53,986 nucleotides of DNA from an uncultured Dictyoglomota bacterium (GTDB taxonomy: Bacteria > Dictyoglomota > Dictyoglomia > Dictyoglomales > Dictyoglomaceae). The stretch is taken from positions 1 through 53,986 of the forward strand of contig CAZZIO010000064.1 of the NCBI GenBank assembly GCA_964654465.1. Direction: 5' to 3'. Shown one piece after another: positions 19,412 through 29,055 of the stretch. The translations under genes were made by a program, and so were the position numbers. Position 1 is the first letter of the stretch; each line of letters begins with the position of its first letter. The notes below the pieces were generated by a model, which worked only from the letters and a program-made list of their open reading frames with translations, did no database searches and had not been told where the DNA came from.

Positions 19412-20443
19412 TTGGGAATAATAAAATCTATTAAATTTAAGAAAAATAGTTTTGAATATATCAAACCCTTTAGCATATCAGTAGGAACATCTGTCAGTAC
19501 TCATAATATAGAAGTAATTTTAGAAACAGAAGAAGGATACACGGGATTTGGTGAAGCGTCTCCATCTTTTAGAGTCACTGGAGAAAGGGTAGAGTCATTA
19601 TTAAGCTTAGAAAAGGCAATAAATGACGCTTTAAAAGGAGAAAATACCAGGAAATATAAAAGAATCTTTGCAAAAACAGACAAATTCTTTTCCCATCCAA
19701 GTTTAAAAACAAGCATACAATATGCTGTCCTTGATGCTCTATGCGAAGAACTTGGAATACATGTTTGCGAATTTCTTGGAGGAATGAAAGATATTATTGA
19801 AACAGATAAAACTATAGGTATAGCATCCATAGAAGAAAGAATTACAGAAGCAGAAAAAGCCTATAAAGAAGGCTTTAGAATACTAAAGATAAAAATTGGA
19901 AAGAACCTTCATGAAGATTTAGAAGTTATGGAAGAGATATACAAAAGAACAAAAGGTGCTACATATATTTTAGACGCTAATACTTCCTATACCCCTAAGT
20001 TAGCCATTCTATATACCCAAAAACTTTTCCAAAAAGGAATTGACATAGCTTTATTAGAACAGCCTGTTCCTATCCACGATAAGGAAGGTTTAAGGTTAGT
20101 AAGATTTAATTCTCCCTATCCAATAGGAGCTGATGAAAGTGCAAAAAATAAATACGATGTATTGGATTTAATAAAAAATGAGGCAGTAGATTACATAAAT
20201 ATTAAACTTATGAAATGTGGGATATCTGATGCTTTGAACATAGTTGAAATAGCTCAAGCCTCGCATATAGGCTTAATGCTAGGATGCATGGGAGAATCAA
20301 GTCTTGGGATTAATCAAAGTATTCATTTTGCTCTTGGAACAGGAGCCTTTACCTTTCACGACTTAGATAGTGCTTTCATGCTAAAAGAAGATAAATTTAG
20401 GGGTAAATATAAAGTAAAGATACCATATTACGGGGTTAATTAA
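19412..20443 (+). CDS. L-Ala-D/L-Glu dipeptide epimerase (enolase superfamily)
   Basis: KIKIG, DAN, EQP, ADES, NIKLMKCG, GCMGE, DLD. Confidence 0.9.
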   Translation: MGIIKSIKFKKNSFEYIKPFSISVGTSVSTHNIEVILETEEGYTGFGEASPSFRVTGERVESLLSLEKAINDALKGENTRKYKRIFAKTDKFFSHPSLKTSIQYAVLDALCEELGIHVCEFLGGMKDIIETDKTIGIASIEERITEAEKAYKEGFRILKIKIGKNLHEDLEVMEEIYKRTKGATYILDANTSYTPKLAILYTQKLFQKGIDIALLEQPVPIHDKEGLRLVRFNSPYPIGADESAKNKYDVLDLIKNEAVDYINIKLMKCGISDALNIVEIAQASHIGLMLGCMGESSLGINQSIHFALGTGAFTFHDLDSAFMLKEDKFRGKYKVKIPYYGVN

Positions 20444-20510
20444 CCATATATATTATGTTATAATATATATGCATTTTATCCATCAATAAATCATAAAAGG
20501 GGGTGTAACA

Positions 20511-21911
20511 GTGAAGGCTGTAATACTTGCAGGAGGAAAAGGTACAAGACTTTGGCCACTTTCTCGTGAAAGATTTTCAAAACAATTTATTAAATTAATC
20601 TCTGACAAATCATTATTAGAACTAACTTATGAAAGAATTTTAGATCTAGTACAACCTCAGGATATAGTAACTATAACAAACAAAGAATATTTCTATTTTA
20701 TAAAAAGTATAACAGATAAATTCTCCAGATATATGTCAAAAAATATAATATTGGAGCCTATTGGGAGAAATACTGCTCCAGCTATTGCTTTGGCTTGTAA
20801 ATATATATTAGAAATACTACATAATGACACAGATGATGAGGTATTTGTCTTTCCCTCTGACCATTTAATAGAGCCAAAGGAAAAATTTATTGAATATATG
20901 AAAAGTGGCCTTTCTGCAGTAAGGGATGGATATATAGTAACCTTTGGAATTAAACCTACAAAACCAGAAACAGGCTACGGATATATAAAAGCAGGAGAAA
21001 ACTTAGGTAAATACACAAAAGTAGAAAGATTTGTTGAAAAACCATCCTTAGAAACAGCAGAAAAATATTTAAAGGAAGGCTCCTATTATTGGAATGCTGG
21101 AATTTTTGCTTTTAAAATTTCCACCATCTTAGAAGAATTTAAAAAGCATTCTCCTGAAATTTATTCGAATCTTTCTAAGAGTTATAAAGAAATTATTGAA
21201 AACTTTGATTCAATGCCCAATATCTCTATTGATTATGCAATCATGGAAAAAAGTGATAAAGTAGCTTTGATCCCCATGGAAATAATATGGAGTGACTTAG
21301 GCTCTTGGGATTCATTCTATGAAGTAAAAGAAAAAGACGAATATGGAAATGTAGTTTTAGGAGATGTTTATACCTTAGACACTAAAAATTCTCTAATATT
21401 TAGTAATAAAAGATTAGTAAGCGTTATAGGGATCGAAGATGCAATAATTATTGAAACAGATGACGCCATACTTATTAGCAAAAGGGGTAAAGGACAAGAA
21501 GTTAAAAAGCTTCTTGAAAAGCTTGAAGGAGAAAAAAGAAACGAAATTATATTCCATACTGAGGTATATAGACCGTGGGGAATGTACAAAATTCTTGAAA
21601 AAAATAAAGGCTATATTATAAGAAAGTTAACTATTAACAAAGGAGCATCCCTAACTTATCATCTTCACAGAAATAGGTCAGAACACTGGATAATTATAAA
21701 AGGTACTGCAGAAGTAATAATAGATGATAGAAAATATTTTATATACGAAGGAGAAAGTATATTTGTACCAAAAGAGAGAAAGCACCAACTTATAAACGCA
21801 GAAGACACCCCTTTAGAAATAATTGAGATACAAAGTGGAGATATCTTATCCGATGAAGATATTGAAATATTTACCAGAGATGAAGAAGAATTAGAAGAAA
21901 AATTAAGGTAG
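20511..21911 (+). CDS. manC: Mannose-1-phosphate guanylyltransferase / mannose-6-phosphate isomerase
   Basis: LAGG.GTRLWPLSR, GRNTAPA, FVEKP, SIDYAIMEK, WSDLGSW, RPWG cupin domain. Confidence 0.95.
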   Translation: MKAVILAGGKGTRLWPLSRERFSKQFIKLISDKSLLELTYERILDLVQPQDIVTITNKEYFYFIKSITDKFSRYMSKNIILEPIGRNTAPAIALACKYILEILHNDTDDEVFVFPSDHLIEPKEKFIEYMKSGLSAVRDGYIVTFGIKPTKPETGYGYIKAGENLGKYTKVERFVEKPSLETAEKYLKEGSYYWNAGIFAFKISTILEEFKKHSPEIYSNLSKSYKEIIENFDSMPNISIDYAIMEKSDKVALIPMEIIWSDLGSWDSFYEVKEKDEYGNVVLGDVYTLDTKNSLIFSNKRLVSVIGIEDAIIIETDDAILISKRGKGQEVKKLLEKLEGEKRNEIIFHTEVYRPWGMYKILEKNKGYIIRKLTINKGASLTYHLHRNRSEHWIIIKGTAEVIIDDRKYFIYEGESIFVPKERKHQLINAEDTPLEIIEIQSGDILSDEDIEIFTRDEEELEEKLR

Positions 21912-21935
21912 GAACCGTCTGGTTCCTACCTTTTT
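21905..21935 (+). terminator. Intrinsic terminator
   Basis: aaggtaggaacc-gtct-ggttcctacctt followed by T tract. Confidence 0.85.
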
Positions 21936-21942
21936 ATTATTT

Positions 21943-23598
21943 TTATCTCAAAATTACTTTTTCTCTTTTTACTCGATTCACTTCATAAAACTCTTGTGCA
22001 ATATTTACACAATGATCACTAATCCTTTCTAAATCTATCAATAAATCGCTAAATATTATTCCTGCTATAGGATTACAAATACCCTTTTTAATTCTCTCAA
22101 TATGGTTTTCTTTTGATTGCCTTACTTTATAGTCAATTCTTTCCTCCCTTAATAAAACCTCATCCAAATAAGATACAGTACTATCCTTTATCATACTGTA
22201 AGAATCTCTTATATTTTCATATAACAATTCTCTTAACTCTGATAAATCTTTCCATGCAAATTCTGTAAATTCTACTCTCTCTGAATTTTTCACCTCCACC
22301 TTTTCCATTACATTGGTAAGATGATCTGCAATTCTTTCCACATCGTCTACTGCCCTTAAAATTGCATTAAGCTCTTTAGCTTCCCCTTCAGATAAAGAGT
22401 CTGTAGAAAGCTGAGTCAGATAGTTTATAAGAGAAGCTTTTAAACCATCCGTGATATCCTCCATAATAAGCACATCCTTATAGTTTTGTGTGGAATTTTT
22501 AAAGAGTGCATCCATTGTAAGATTATACATGTCTTCAACTATTTCTGCCATTCTCACGAGTTCGTTTTTAGCTGCTTCTAATGCAGCAGATGGTGTATCT
22601 AAAAGTTGTGGCTTAAGAAAAGAAGCTTCTTTTTTATATACTCTCTCTTCTCCTGGTAGGATTTTCCTTATTATTCCTGCATATTGTTTAGTAAAGAAGA
22701 TCCATATAAAAGCCCAAATCCCATTAAATATGGTATGAGCATTAGCTACTTGTCGTGCTACATCTGAAGAAGTCACAGATACCACTTTTTCAAAGAAATT
22801 CAAAAATGGAAAAATTAATAAAACTCCTATTACATTAAAAAAAAGATGAGCAAGGGCAGTTCTTTTTGCAGAAATATTAGTCCCTACAGATGCTAAAAGA
22901 GCAGTAACACATGTACCAATATTGGCGCCTAAAATTATAGGTACTGCTGAGGAAAAATCCATAGCTCCTTTTGCTGCAAGAGCTACTACTATACTTGTTG
23001 TAACACTACTGCTTTGTATTATTGCTGTTATTCCCGCACCAGTTAAGATACCAAATATAGGATATCTTCCCATGGCTATTATTGCATTGTGAAAAGGACT
23101 CCATGATCTTAATGCATGAAGAGATGACTCCATAAGAGAAAGTCCCATAAAAATCATACCAAAACCTAAAATAGCCTCTCCTATATTTCTTACATACTTT
23201 CTACGTCCTAAAAATAAAGTCAAGAATCCAATAAAGAGAAAATAAGGAGCTGCTGTAGTAAGTTTAAAGGCTACTAATTGAGCAGTAATAGTAGTACCAA
23301 TGTTAGCCCCAAAAATTATCCCCAAAGCTCCCTCTAAGGTTAAAAGTCCAGCATTAACAAATGTAACAGTTAAAACAGTAACCGCACTACTACTTTGCAC
23401 AATAGCGGTAACTAAAGCTCCGATAAAAAGTCCTCTAAAGGGTGAAGAATTAAGTCTTTCAAAAATACTTCTGAGGCGGGGTCCAACAGCTTTTTCAAGG
23501 CCTGAGCTCATTTGGAGGATTCCATAAAGGAAGAGGCTAAAACCACCTAAAAGAAGCCCTACTTCTCTGTAAGACAAAGGAAATCCTTCCATAGACAT
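21943..23598 (-). CDS. Na/Pi cotransporter family protein with PhoU-like C-terminal domains
   Basis: Two QSSS...GANIGT repeats; DDVERIADH and DLERISDH PhoU motifs. Confidence 0.94.
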   Translation of the reverse strand: MSMEGFPLSYREVGLLLGGFSLFLYGILQMSSGLEKAVGPRLRSIFERLNSSPFRGLFIGALVTAIVQSSSAVTVLTVTFVNAGLLTLEGALGIIFGANIGTTITAQLVAFKLTTAAPYFLFIGFLTLFLGRRKYVRNIGEAILGFGMIFMGLSLMESSLHALRSWSPFHNAIIAMGRYPIFGILTGAGITAIIQSSSVTTSIVVALAAKGAMDFSSAVPIILGANIGTCVTALLASVGTNISAKRTALAHLFFNVIGVLLIFPFLNFFEKVVSVTSSDVARQVANAHTIFNGIWAFIWIFFTKQYAGIIRKILPGEERVYKKEASFLKPQLLDTPSAALEAAKNELVRMAEIVEDMYNLTMDALFKNSTQNYKDVLIMEDITDGLKASLINYLTQLSTDSLSEGEAKELNAILRAVDDVERIADHLTNVMEKVEVKNSERVEFTEFAWKDLSELRELLYENIRDSYSMIKDSTVSYLDEVLLREERIDYKVRQSKENHIERIKKGICNPIAGIIFSDLLIDLERISDHCVNIAQEFYEVNRVKREKVILR

Positions 23599-23700
23599 CT
23601 TTCTCCTTTATGTAAAAATTATATGACCATTCGTATTATACCATTAATAAATCACCTACCTTGATTTTTAATATATTTTTAATCATCTTTAAAGAAACTT

Positions 23701-24714
23701 TTACAATTTGTATCCTTCCCAGATAACTCTTAAGCTTATTGGCCTCTTCTTATAATATGGAGATTTTTTAAGTAATAAATATCTTATCGTTGGCCTAAAA
23801 AGTTTTATAAAAAACAATCTAAATCCTAGACTTTTCTTTACATCTTCCACATAATCATCTATGGTTCTCCTCTGATAATGCAAAAGTTCCTCACTTTCTT
23901 TAGTATCCATCCAATCAGTAGCAAAAGGAACATTAGAAAATGCTTCCTCTGGAAGCATTCCTACTCCTATTCCTTCCAATACTTTTTCTACTATCTCCCT
24001 ATAATAATATTGGCATCTTGGGCCTCCCCCAATAAGTAACACTTTTCTCCATACATTCTCACTTCTAACACCTTTAGCAATTGCATACCCCACATCTTTT
24101 GTATGCACATACTCCATTCTGTTATTAAGAGGTACATCAAACATACCCACATCAAGCTTTAAATTAATAGGAAGAGAAGCTGCAAGTCTATATATACACC
24201 ACTCTAAATTAGATTTTTTAATCATATTTTCACATTCAACCTTATGCCTTGAATAATGCTCAGGTGGATTTACAGGATCATCGGCTTTTCTTGGAGGATT
24301 AAGATGTTGAGTGAAACCATACACGTGTACAGAAGAGGTAAAGATTAACTTCTTGGGATAAGGTAATTCCTCCATTGCAGTGATTATATTTTTGGTACCT
24401 AAGACATTAATCTGATAAGCAATATCAGGTACCTTCTCAGATTCCATTCCTGTTGCAGAAAGTTTCGGAATAATAAAAGCAAGATGTACTACCACATCCT
24501 GTCCTTCTATACCCCTTTTTACCTCATCTTTATTTCTTATATCTCCCCAATATACCTCAATACTATCTCCATATTTCTTTTTCAAATTTTTAAAGATCCT
24601 CTCATTTCTCCTATTTTTTAAATCAAAACACCTTACCTTATCTCCCTGTTTGATCATCTCCTCAATAGCACTTAAACCTATGTTCCCAAAGGCACCAGTT
24701 ATAAAAACCTTCAT
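23701..24714 (-). CDS. NAD-dependent epimerase/dehydratase (extended SDR)
   Basis: TGAFGNIG, HLA, TSS, YSRHK (YxxxK). Confidence 0.9.
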   Translation of the reverse strand: MKVFITGAFGNIGLSAIEEMIKQGDKVRCFDLKNRRNERIFKNLKKKYGDSIEVYWGDIRNKDEVKRGIEGQDVVVHLAFIIPKLSATGMESEKVPDIAYQINVLGTKNIITAMEELPYPKKLIFTSSVHVYGFTQHLNPPRKADDPVNPPEHYSRHKVECENMIKKSNLEWCIYRLAASLPINLKLDVGMFDVPLNNRMEYVHTKDVGYAIAKGVRSENVWRKVLLIGGGPRCQYYYREIVEKVLEGIGVGMLPEEAFSNVPFATDWMDTKESEELLHYQRRTIDDYVEDVKKSLGFRLFFIKLFRPTIRYLLLKKSPYYKKRPISLRVIWEGYKL

Positions 24715-25295
24715 AACTTTGATTCCTCCTTTCTTATACTTGAAATTATCAAATTCACACCTTCTCTACTTATCCTTCCCCAATCGGAATCCCTATCAAA
24801 AATCTGCTGTAATATAATACCTATTGAATAAGAAATTATAAGTGATGAGAATACTTCTGAATCTATATCTTTAAAGCTTCCTTCCCTTTTCCCCCTCTCT
24901 ATTAAAAGAGAAAAATACTCTTTATATTTTCTAAAATAGTCTCCAAGCTTATTAAGAATCCTTTCATCGTTAATTCCTTTTCTAAGAAATTCCAAAAAGA
25001 GATAAAATTTTTCCTTAGATTCTTTAAATATATCCTCAAAAATAATCGTGGTCCTTAATAACCCATTTATAACTTTGTCCTGCTCTTTAAAATAACTCTC
25101 AATTCTTTGTGAAAGATCTGAAAGCCATCTATCAAGAATCTCTAAAAAAAACTCCTCCTTAGTAGAGAAATAATGGAAAAAAGCCCCTTTACTAACTCCT
25201 GCCCTTTCACATATAAGAGAAACACTTGTAGCATCATAACCTCTCTGAGAAAACAATTCTTCTCCAGCCATAATGATCCTTTCTCTTGTATCCAT
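24711..25295 (-). CDS. TetR/AcrR family transcriptional regulator
   Basis: LFSQRGYDATSV..IC..AGVSKGAFFHYF.TKE HTH. Confidence 0.95.
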   Translation of the reverse strand: MDTRERIIMAGEELFSQRGYDATSVSLICERAGVSKGAFFHYFSTKEEFFLEILDRWLSDLSQRIESYFKEQDKVINGLLRTTIIFEDIFKESKEKFYLFLEFLRKGINDERILNKLGDYFRKYKEYFSLLIERGKREGSFKDIDSEVFSSLIISYSIGIILQQIFDRDSDWGRISREGVNLIISSIRKEESKL

Positions 25296-25313
25296 TTTTT
25301 AATATCCTCCTTC

Positions 25314-25331
25314 ATACCAACCAGTCGGTAT
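25314..25331. promoter_or_regulatory. Putative TetR autoregulatory operator
   Basis: Imperfect palindrome ATACCAAC-CA-GTCGGTAT between the minus-strand -10 and the tetR RBS. Confidence 0.65.
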
Positions 25332-25384
25332 TATATTATAACATAAAACACAAAATAGTTTAATACAAATTTAACTTATCTTTC

Positions 25385-25428
25385 TTGTTTTTCATACTTA
25401 ATATCGTTATAATGATTAGTATGAAAAA
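25385..25428 (+). promoter_or_regulatory. Promoter of the abrB-ABC operon flanked by an 11-bp inverted repeat
   Basis: TTGTTT (25385), 17 bp, TATAAT (25408). TTTTTCATACT (25388-98) / AGTATGAAAAA (25418-28). Confidence 0.65.
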
Positions 25429-25455
25429 TATGATAAATAAAGGAGGTAAAACAGA

Positions 25456-25710
25456 TTGAAAAGAAAAATATTCGGAATAGCTACTCTTAGTGAAAGAGGA
25501 CAGATTGTAATTCCTCAAGAAGCTCGTGAAGAATTTAATCTAAAGCCTGGTGATAAATTAATCATAATGAGCTTTGGACCAAAAGCAGGACTAATGATAA
25601 TAAAAGCAGAAGAATTATTGGAAATTTTCTCAGAAATTAGTAAGGATCTTTCAGAAATTGAAAAGTTTATCTCCATATTAAAGGAGGGAAAAAAAGATGA
25701 AGGTGATTGA
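25456..25710 (+). CDS. AbrB/MazE/SpoVT family DNA-binding protein
   Basis: SERGQIVIPQEAR..FNLKPGDKL; TTG start with SD AGGAGG. Confidence 0.9.
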   Translation: MKRKIFGIATLSERGQIVIPQEAREEFNLKPGDKLIIMSFGPKAGLMIIKAEELLEIFSEISKDLSEIEKFISILKEGKKDEGD

Positions 25711-26713
25711 AGTAAAAGACTTAGCAAAAACTTACTATTCTCCCTTTGGAAATATAGAAGCAGTTAAGGGTATATCTTTTGAAGTAGAAGAAGGAGAAAT
25801 CTTTGGATTCTTAGGACCAAACGGGGCAGGAAAAAGCACTACAATAATGATGCTTACAACTCTACTAAAGCCTACACGTGGTACTGCTAAAATATTGGGA
25901 TATGATATAGTTCATCAACCAAACCAAGTTAGACAACTAATAGGATATGTATCCCAGGATCTCACAGTAGATGACACCCTTACAGGATGGGAAAACATGT
26001 ATCTTCAGGGTAGGTTCTATCATCTACCTAAAGAGGTAATAAAAGAGAGAGCTGAAGAGTTATTAAAACTACTTAAAATTTATGATAGGGCCAAGGACAA
26101 AGCAGAAACATATTCTGGAGGAATGAGAAAAAAATTAGATATAGCTATGGGACTAATTCATAGACCCAAGATCCTTTTTTTAGACGAACCCACATTAGGT
26201 CTTGATGTTCAGACACGACAAGATATATGGGAATATGTACAAAAAATAAGAAAGGAAAACAAAATGACCATATTTCTTACTACCCATTACATGGAAGAGG
26301 CTGACTCTTTATGCGATAGAATAGCTATTATTGATAAGGGAGAAATAAAGGCATTAGATACTCCTAAAAATCTAAAAAACTCTATTGGAGGAGATCTCAT
26401 ATTTTTAACCATTGAAGATAATTCAACAGAAAAATTAGAAAGATTTATAAAAAGGATAAAAAGTTTAGACCCTGTCAAAAATGTCAGTTCAAAAGACAGC
26501 AAATGCAATATAGTCGCTTCTAATGCAGAGAGCTTAATTCCAGTTATTTTCTCAATTGCTTTTGAGATAGATATTAACATAACATCAATAACCATGAAAA
26601 AACCATCCTTAGATGATGTATATTTAGCATATACTGGAAGAGAATTTAGAGATGAAGATGGTTCAAGAGAAGACTCTATGAGAATGAGAAGATTATTAAG
26701 GAGGACAAGATAA
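25697..26713 (+). CDS. ABC exporter ATP-binding protein (DrrA-like)
   Basis: GPNGAGKST, YSGGM, LDEPT.GLD, LTTHYMEEA, PSLDDV. Confidence 0.95.
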   Translation: MKVIEVKDLAKTYYSPFGNIEAVKGISFEVEEGEIFGFLGPNGAGKSTTIMMLTTLLKPTRGTAKILGYDIVHQPNQVRQLIGYVSQDLTVDDTLTGWENMYLQGRFYHLPKEVIKERAEELLKLLKIYDRAKDKAETYSGGMRKKLDIAMGLIHRPKILFLDEPTLGLDVQTRQDIWEYVQKIRKENKMTIFLTTHYMEEADSLCDRIAIIDKGEIKALDTPKNLKNSIGGDLIFLTIEDNSTEKLERFIKRIKSLDPVKNVSSKDSKCNIVASNAESLIPVIFSIAFEIDINITSITMKKPSLDDVYLAYTGREFRDEDGSREDSMRMRRLLRRTR

Positions 26714-26714
26714 T

Positions 26715-27497
26715 ATGAAGAAATTAATCTACGATACTTATTCTGTAATGTGGAGAGAACTTAAACATTGGCTTGATCAAAAAGTAAGAATCTTAGTAAC
26801 CATATTCCAACCATTAATTTGGCTTGCCTTAATGGGAAATGTTATGTCTAAATTAACTGATAATCCATTTAGTAGACAAGCTTTTGGAGGTGCAAACTAT
26901 CTATCCTTTATGACTCCAGGCATTATAGTTATGACCTCTCTTTTTGGGGGAATATTTGGAGGTATTTCCGTGGTATGGGATAGAAGGTGGGGATATCTTC
27001 ATAAAATGTTAGCATCTCCCATATCAAGGACTGCTATACCACTTGGTAAAATGCTTGCTACCGCCATACAAGGAACCTTTCAATCATTAATAATAATTAT
27101 CATAGCAACTTTATTTGGAGTAGAATTCTCAACAGGAATTCCAGGAATAATAACCATAATACTTCTTGCTGCATGTTTTAACTTCACAATGGCAGGACTA
27201 TCTATAGCTATTGCTTCAAGAATTAAAACCATGGAAGTTTTAACTGCAGTTATCAATTTCCTCACTATGCCTCTTATGTTCTCCAGTAGTGCCATGTTTC
27301 CAATACAAGTTATGCCAGACTGGCTTGCTACTATAGCCAGATTTAATCCTATAACCTATGTAGTAAACCCATTAAGAACTCTTGTAATTTCAGGATGGGA
27401 GATGGGAGATTTAATAAAAGGGTTCTTATATATAACATTTTTAGCATTATCAATGTTATTTATTGCAAGACATGAATTTAATAGAAGTATAGCTTAA
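26715..27497 (+). CDS. ABC-2 type permease (DrrB-like)
   Basis: Six TMs, FM.PG, DR..G.L..ML.SP, MP.WL..IA.FNP.TY.V..LR. Confidence 0.93.
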   Translation: MKKLIYDTYSVMWRELKHWLDQKVRILVTIFQPLIWLALMGNVMSKLTDNPFSRQAFGGANYLSFMTPGIIVMTSLFGGIFGGISVVWDRRWGYLHKMLASPISRTAIPLGKMLATAIQGTFQSLIIIIIATLFGVEFSTGIPGIITIILLAACFNFTMAGLSIAIASRIKTMEVLTAVINFLTMPLMFSSSAMFPIQVMPDWLATIARFNPITYVVNPLRTLVISGWEMGDLIKGFLYITFLALSMLFIARHEFNRSIA

Positions 27498-27504
27498 ATT
27501 TAAA

Positions 27505-27533
27505 AAAGAGGGGAAAGTAAGTTTCCCCTCTTT
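27505..27533. terminator. Bidirectional intrinsic terminator
   Basis: aaagaggggaaa-gtaag-tttcccctcttt between convergent genes. Confidence 0.8.
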
Positions 27534-27543
27534 AAAATCTATT

Positions 27544-28548
27544 CTATATATTATAAATCTCAATCATTTTCTTAAGTTCCTCTTTTATAGAATCTCTTAA
27601 GGATTTAGGTTCTAAAACTTCAGCATGTGCCCCATAACCTATAACCCACCTTTTTATCTCTTCTTCATTAGCTGTAACCTCATATATGATACTTCCATCA
27701 TTAAGTTCTTCAATTTTTTGTGACTCATGCCATATTCTTTCCCTAATCCATCTTGCTTGATAAGAGTCAAATTTTATTTTTATAGTAGTTGCGTTTCCTT
27801 TATATATTCTAAAAGCAGATTTAATATACTCATAAAAATTAAAATCCTTAGGCATCTCAAACTTCTCTTTTAAAATTTTTACACTTTCAATTCTATCTAA
27901 AGCAAAATCCCTAATCTCATTTCTTAAATGGCAAAATCCACAAAAATACCATATCCCCTCATAATTGTATATATGATAAGGATCTACTTTTCTTTCTTTT
28001 ACCTCATCAGAAGAAATAGTATGATATTTTATTAATATTCTATTTTTCTGTGTAATTGCTCTAAAAATCTTCTCAAAAGTATCTTTAATATCAACTTTTG
28101 GCTTAATAAAGTTAAAAGGTATAGAAAGAGCCATTCGCAATCTTTCTGAAGATATAACTACCTTATCAGTTAATATGGCTTCTAATTTCTTTTGTAGGCT
28201 TTCAAAATCTTTTTCAAGAGGAGTATTTTTAAACTGGTTAATTAAATTGGCTGTAATAATAAGCGTAAAAATTTCACCTTCAGTTAATTTGGGAAAGAAA
28301 AATTCAGGTTTCTTTTCAAAATAATATCCATCCTTTTTTCTACTATAAAGAATCTTAAAACCTAAATCTTCTCTTAAAGTACGAATATCTCTCTTTATTG
28401 TTCTATCACTTACAGACAATTCTAAGTCTTCTTTTAACCTTCTTTTTATATCTTTCAAGCTTATATTATCACGTTCAGATAAGTATTTTAGAATAAGACT
28501 TATTCTTGCAAAAACTTTTCGAGAACTTATTTTTAAAGTCCTTTTCAT
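27544..28548 (-). CDS. HTH-WYL-WCX transcriptional regulator (YafY/PafC-like)
   Basis: VSDRTIKRDI..LR HTH; R.VDPY.....G.WY..G.C..R..IR.F.LDRI; WV.GYG..AEVL.P..LR. Confidence 0.93.
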   Translation of the reverse strand: MKRTLKISSRKVFARISLILKYLSERDNISLKDIKRRLKEDLELSVSDRTIKRDIRTLREDLGFKILYSRKKDGYYFEKKPEFFFPKLTEGEIFTLIITANLINQFKNTPLEKDFESLQKKLEAILTDKVVISSERLRMALSIPFNFIKPKVDIKDTFEKIFRAITQKNRILIKYHTISSDEVKERKVDPYHIYNYEGIWYFCGFCHLRNEIRDFALDRIESVKILKEKFEMPKDFNFYEYIKSAFRIYKGNATTIKIKFDSYQARWIRERIWHESQKIEELNDGSIIYEVTANEEEIKRWVIGYGAHAEVLEPKSLRDSIKEELKKMIEIYNI

Positions 28549-28569
28549 TAAATTTATCTCTCCTATATA

Positions 28570-29028
28570 TTACCTATTCAAATAATACAAAGAATAATTT
28601 AATATGGTTGCAAAAGATAACCACAATAAATATGGAATAAAAAGCAACCCTGCCCAACGATCTATCTTATAGAATTCTATAGTTGTGATTATAGCAAAAA
28701 CAAGCAATAATAAGATTACAAAAAGGGCTAACAATCTTTTTTCATAAACGAAGAAGATTGGTGACCAGATAAAATTCAAAAACAATTGAATACTGAAAAA
28801 TATTAATGCTAATCTAACATTTTGTCCAACTTTTAAAACTCTATATAAAGAAACTCCCATCAAGAAATATAAAATTGTCCAAATAGGGCCAAAAAGCCAA
28901 GGTGGAGGAGCAAAACTTGGTTTAACCAATTTATCAAATATTTCTTTTGCATTTCTGGAAAAAAATCCAGATATACCACCAACTATTAAAGGTATGGCTA
29001 TACTCACAACTAATTTAGGAATATCCAT
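28570..29028 (-). CDS. tspO: TspO/MBR family tryptophan-rich sensory protein
   Basis: L.KPSFAPPPWLFGPIWT.LY, LN..WS..FF, PYL.W..FA..LN. ATG 29028 fits SD better than TTG 29043. Confidence 0.93.
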   Translation of the reverse strand: MDIPKLVVSIAIPLIVGGISGFFSRNAKEIFDKLVKPSFAPPPWLFGPIWTILYFLMGVSLYRVLKVGQNVRLALIFFSIQLFLNFIWSPIFFVYEKRLLALFVILLLLVFAIITTIEFYKIDRWAGLLFIPYLLWLSFATILNYSLYYLNR

Positions 29029-29055
29029 AATATTACCCCCCAAAAATATATTATT

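Noticed and set aside
20440-20470. TATATTATGTTATAAT resembling a XerD arm
   Set aside because: No XerC arm; it matches an extended -10 for manC.
25456-25710. AbrB/MazE gene as the antitoxin of a TA pair
   Set aside because: No toxin gene is adjacent; the next gene is an ABC ATPase.
27544-28548. WYL gene as a marker of a CRISPR/defence island
   Set aside because: No cas genes, repeat-spacer array or defence genes are visible in the window.
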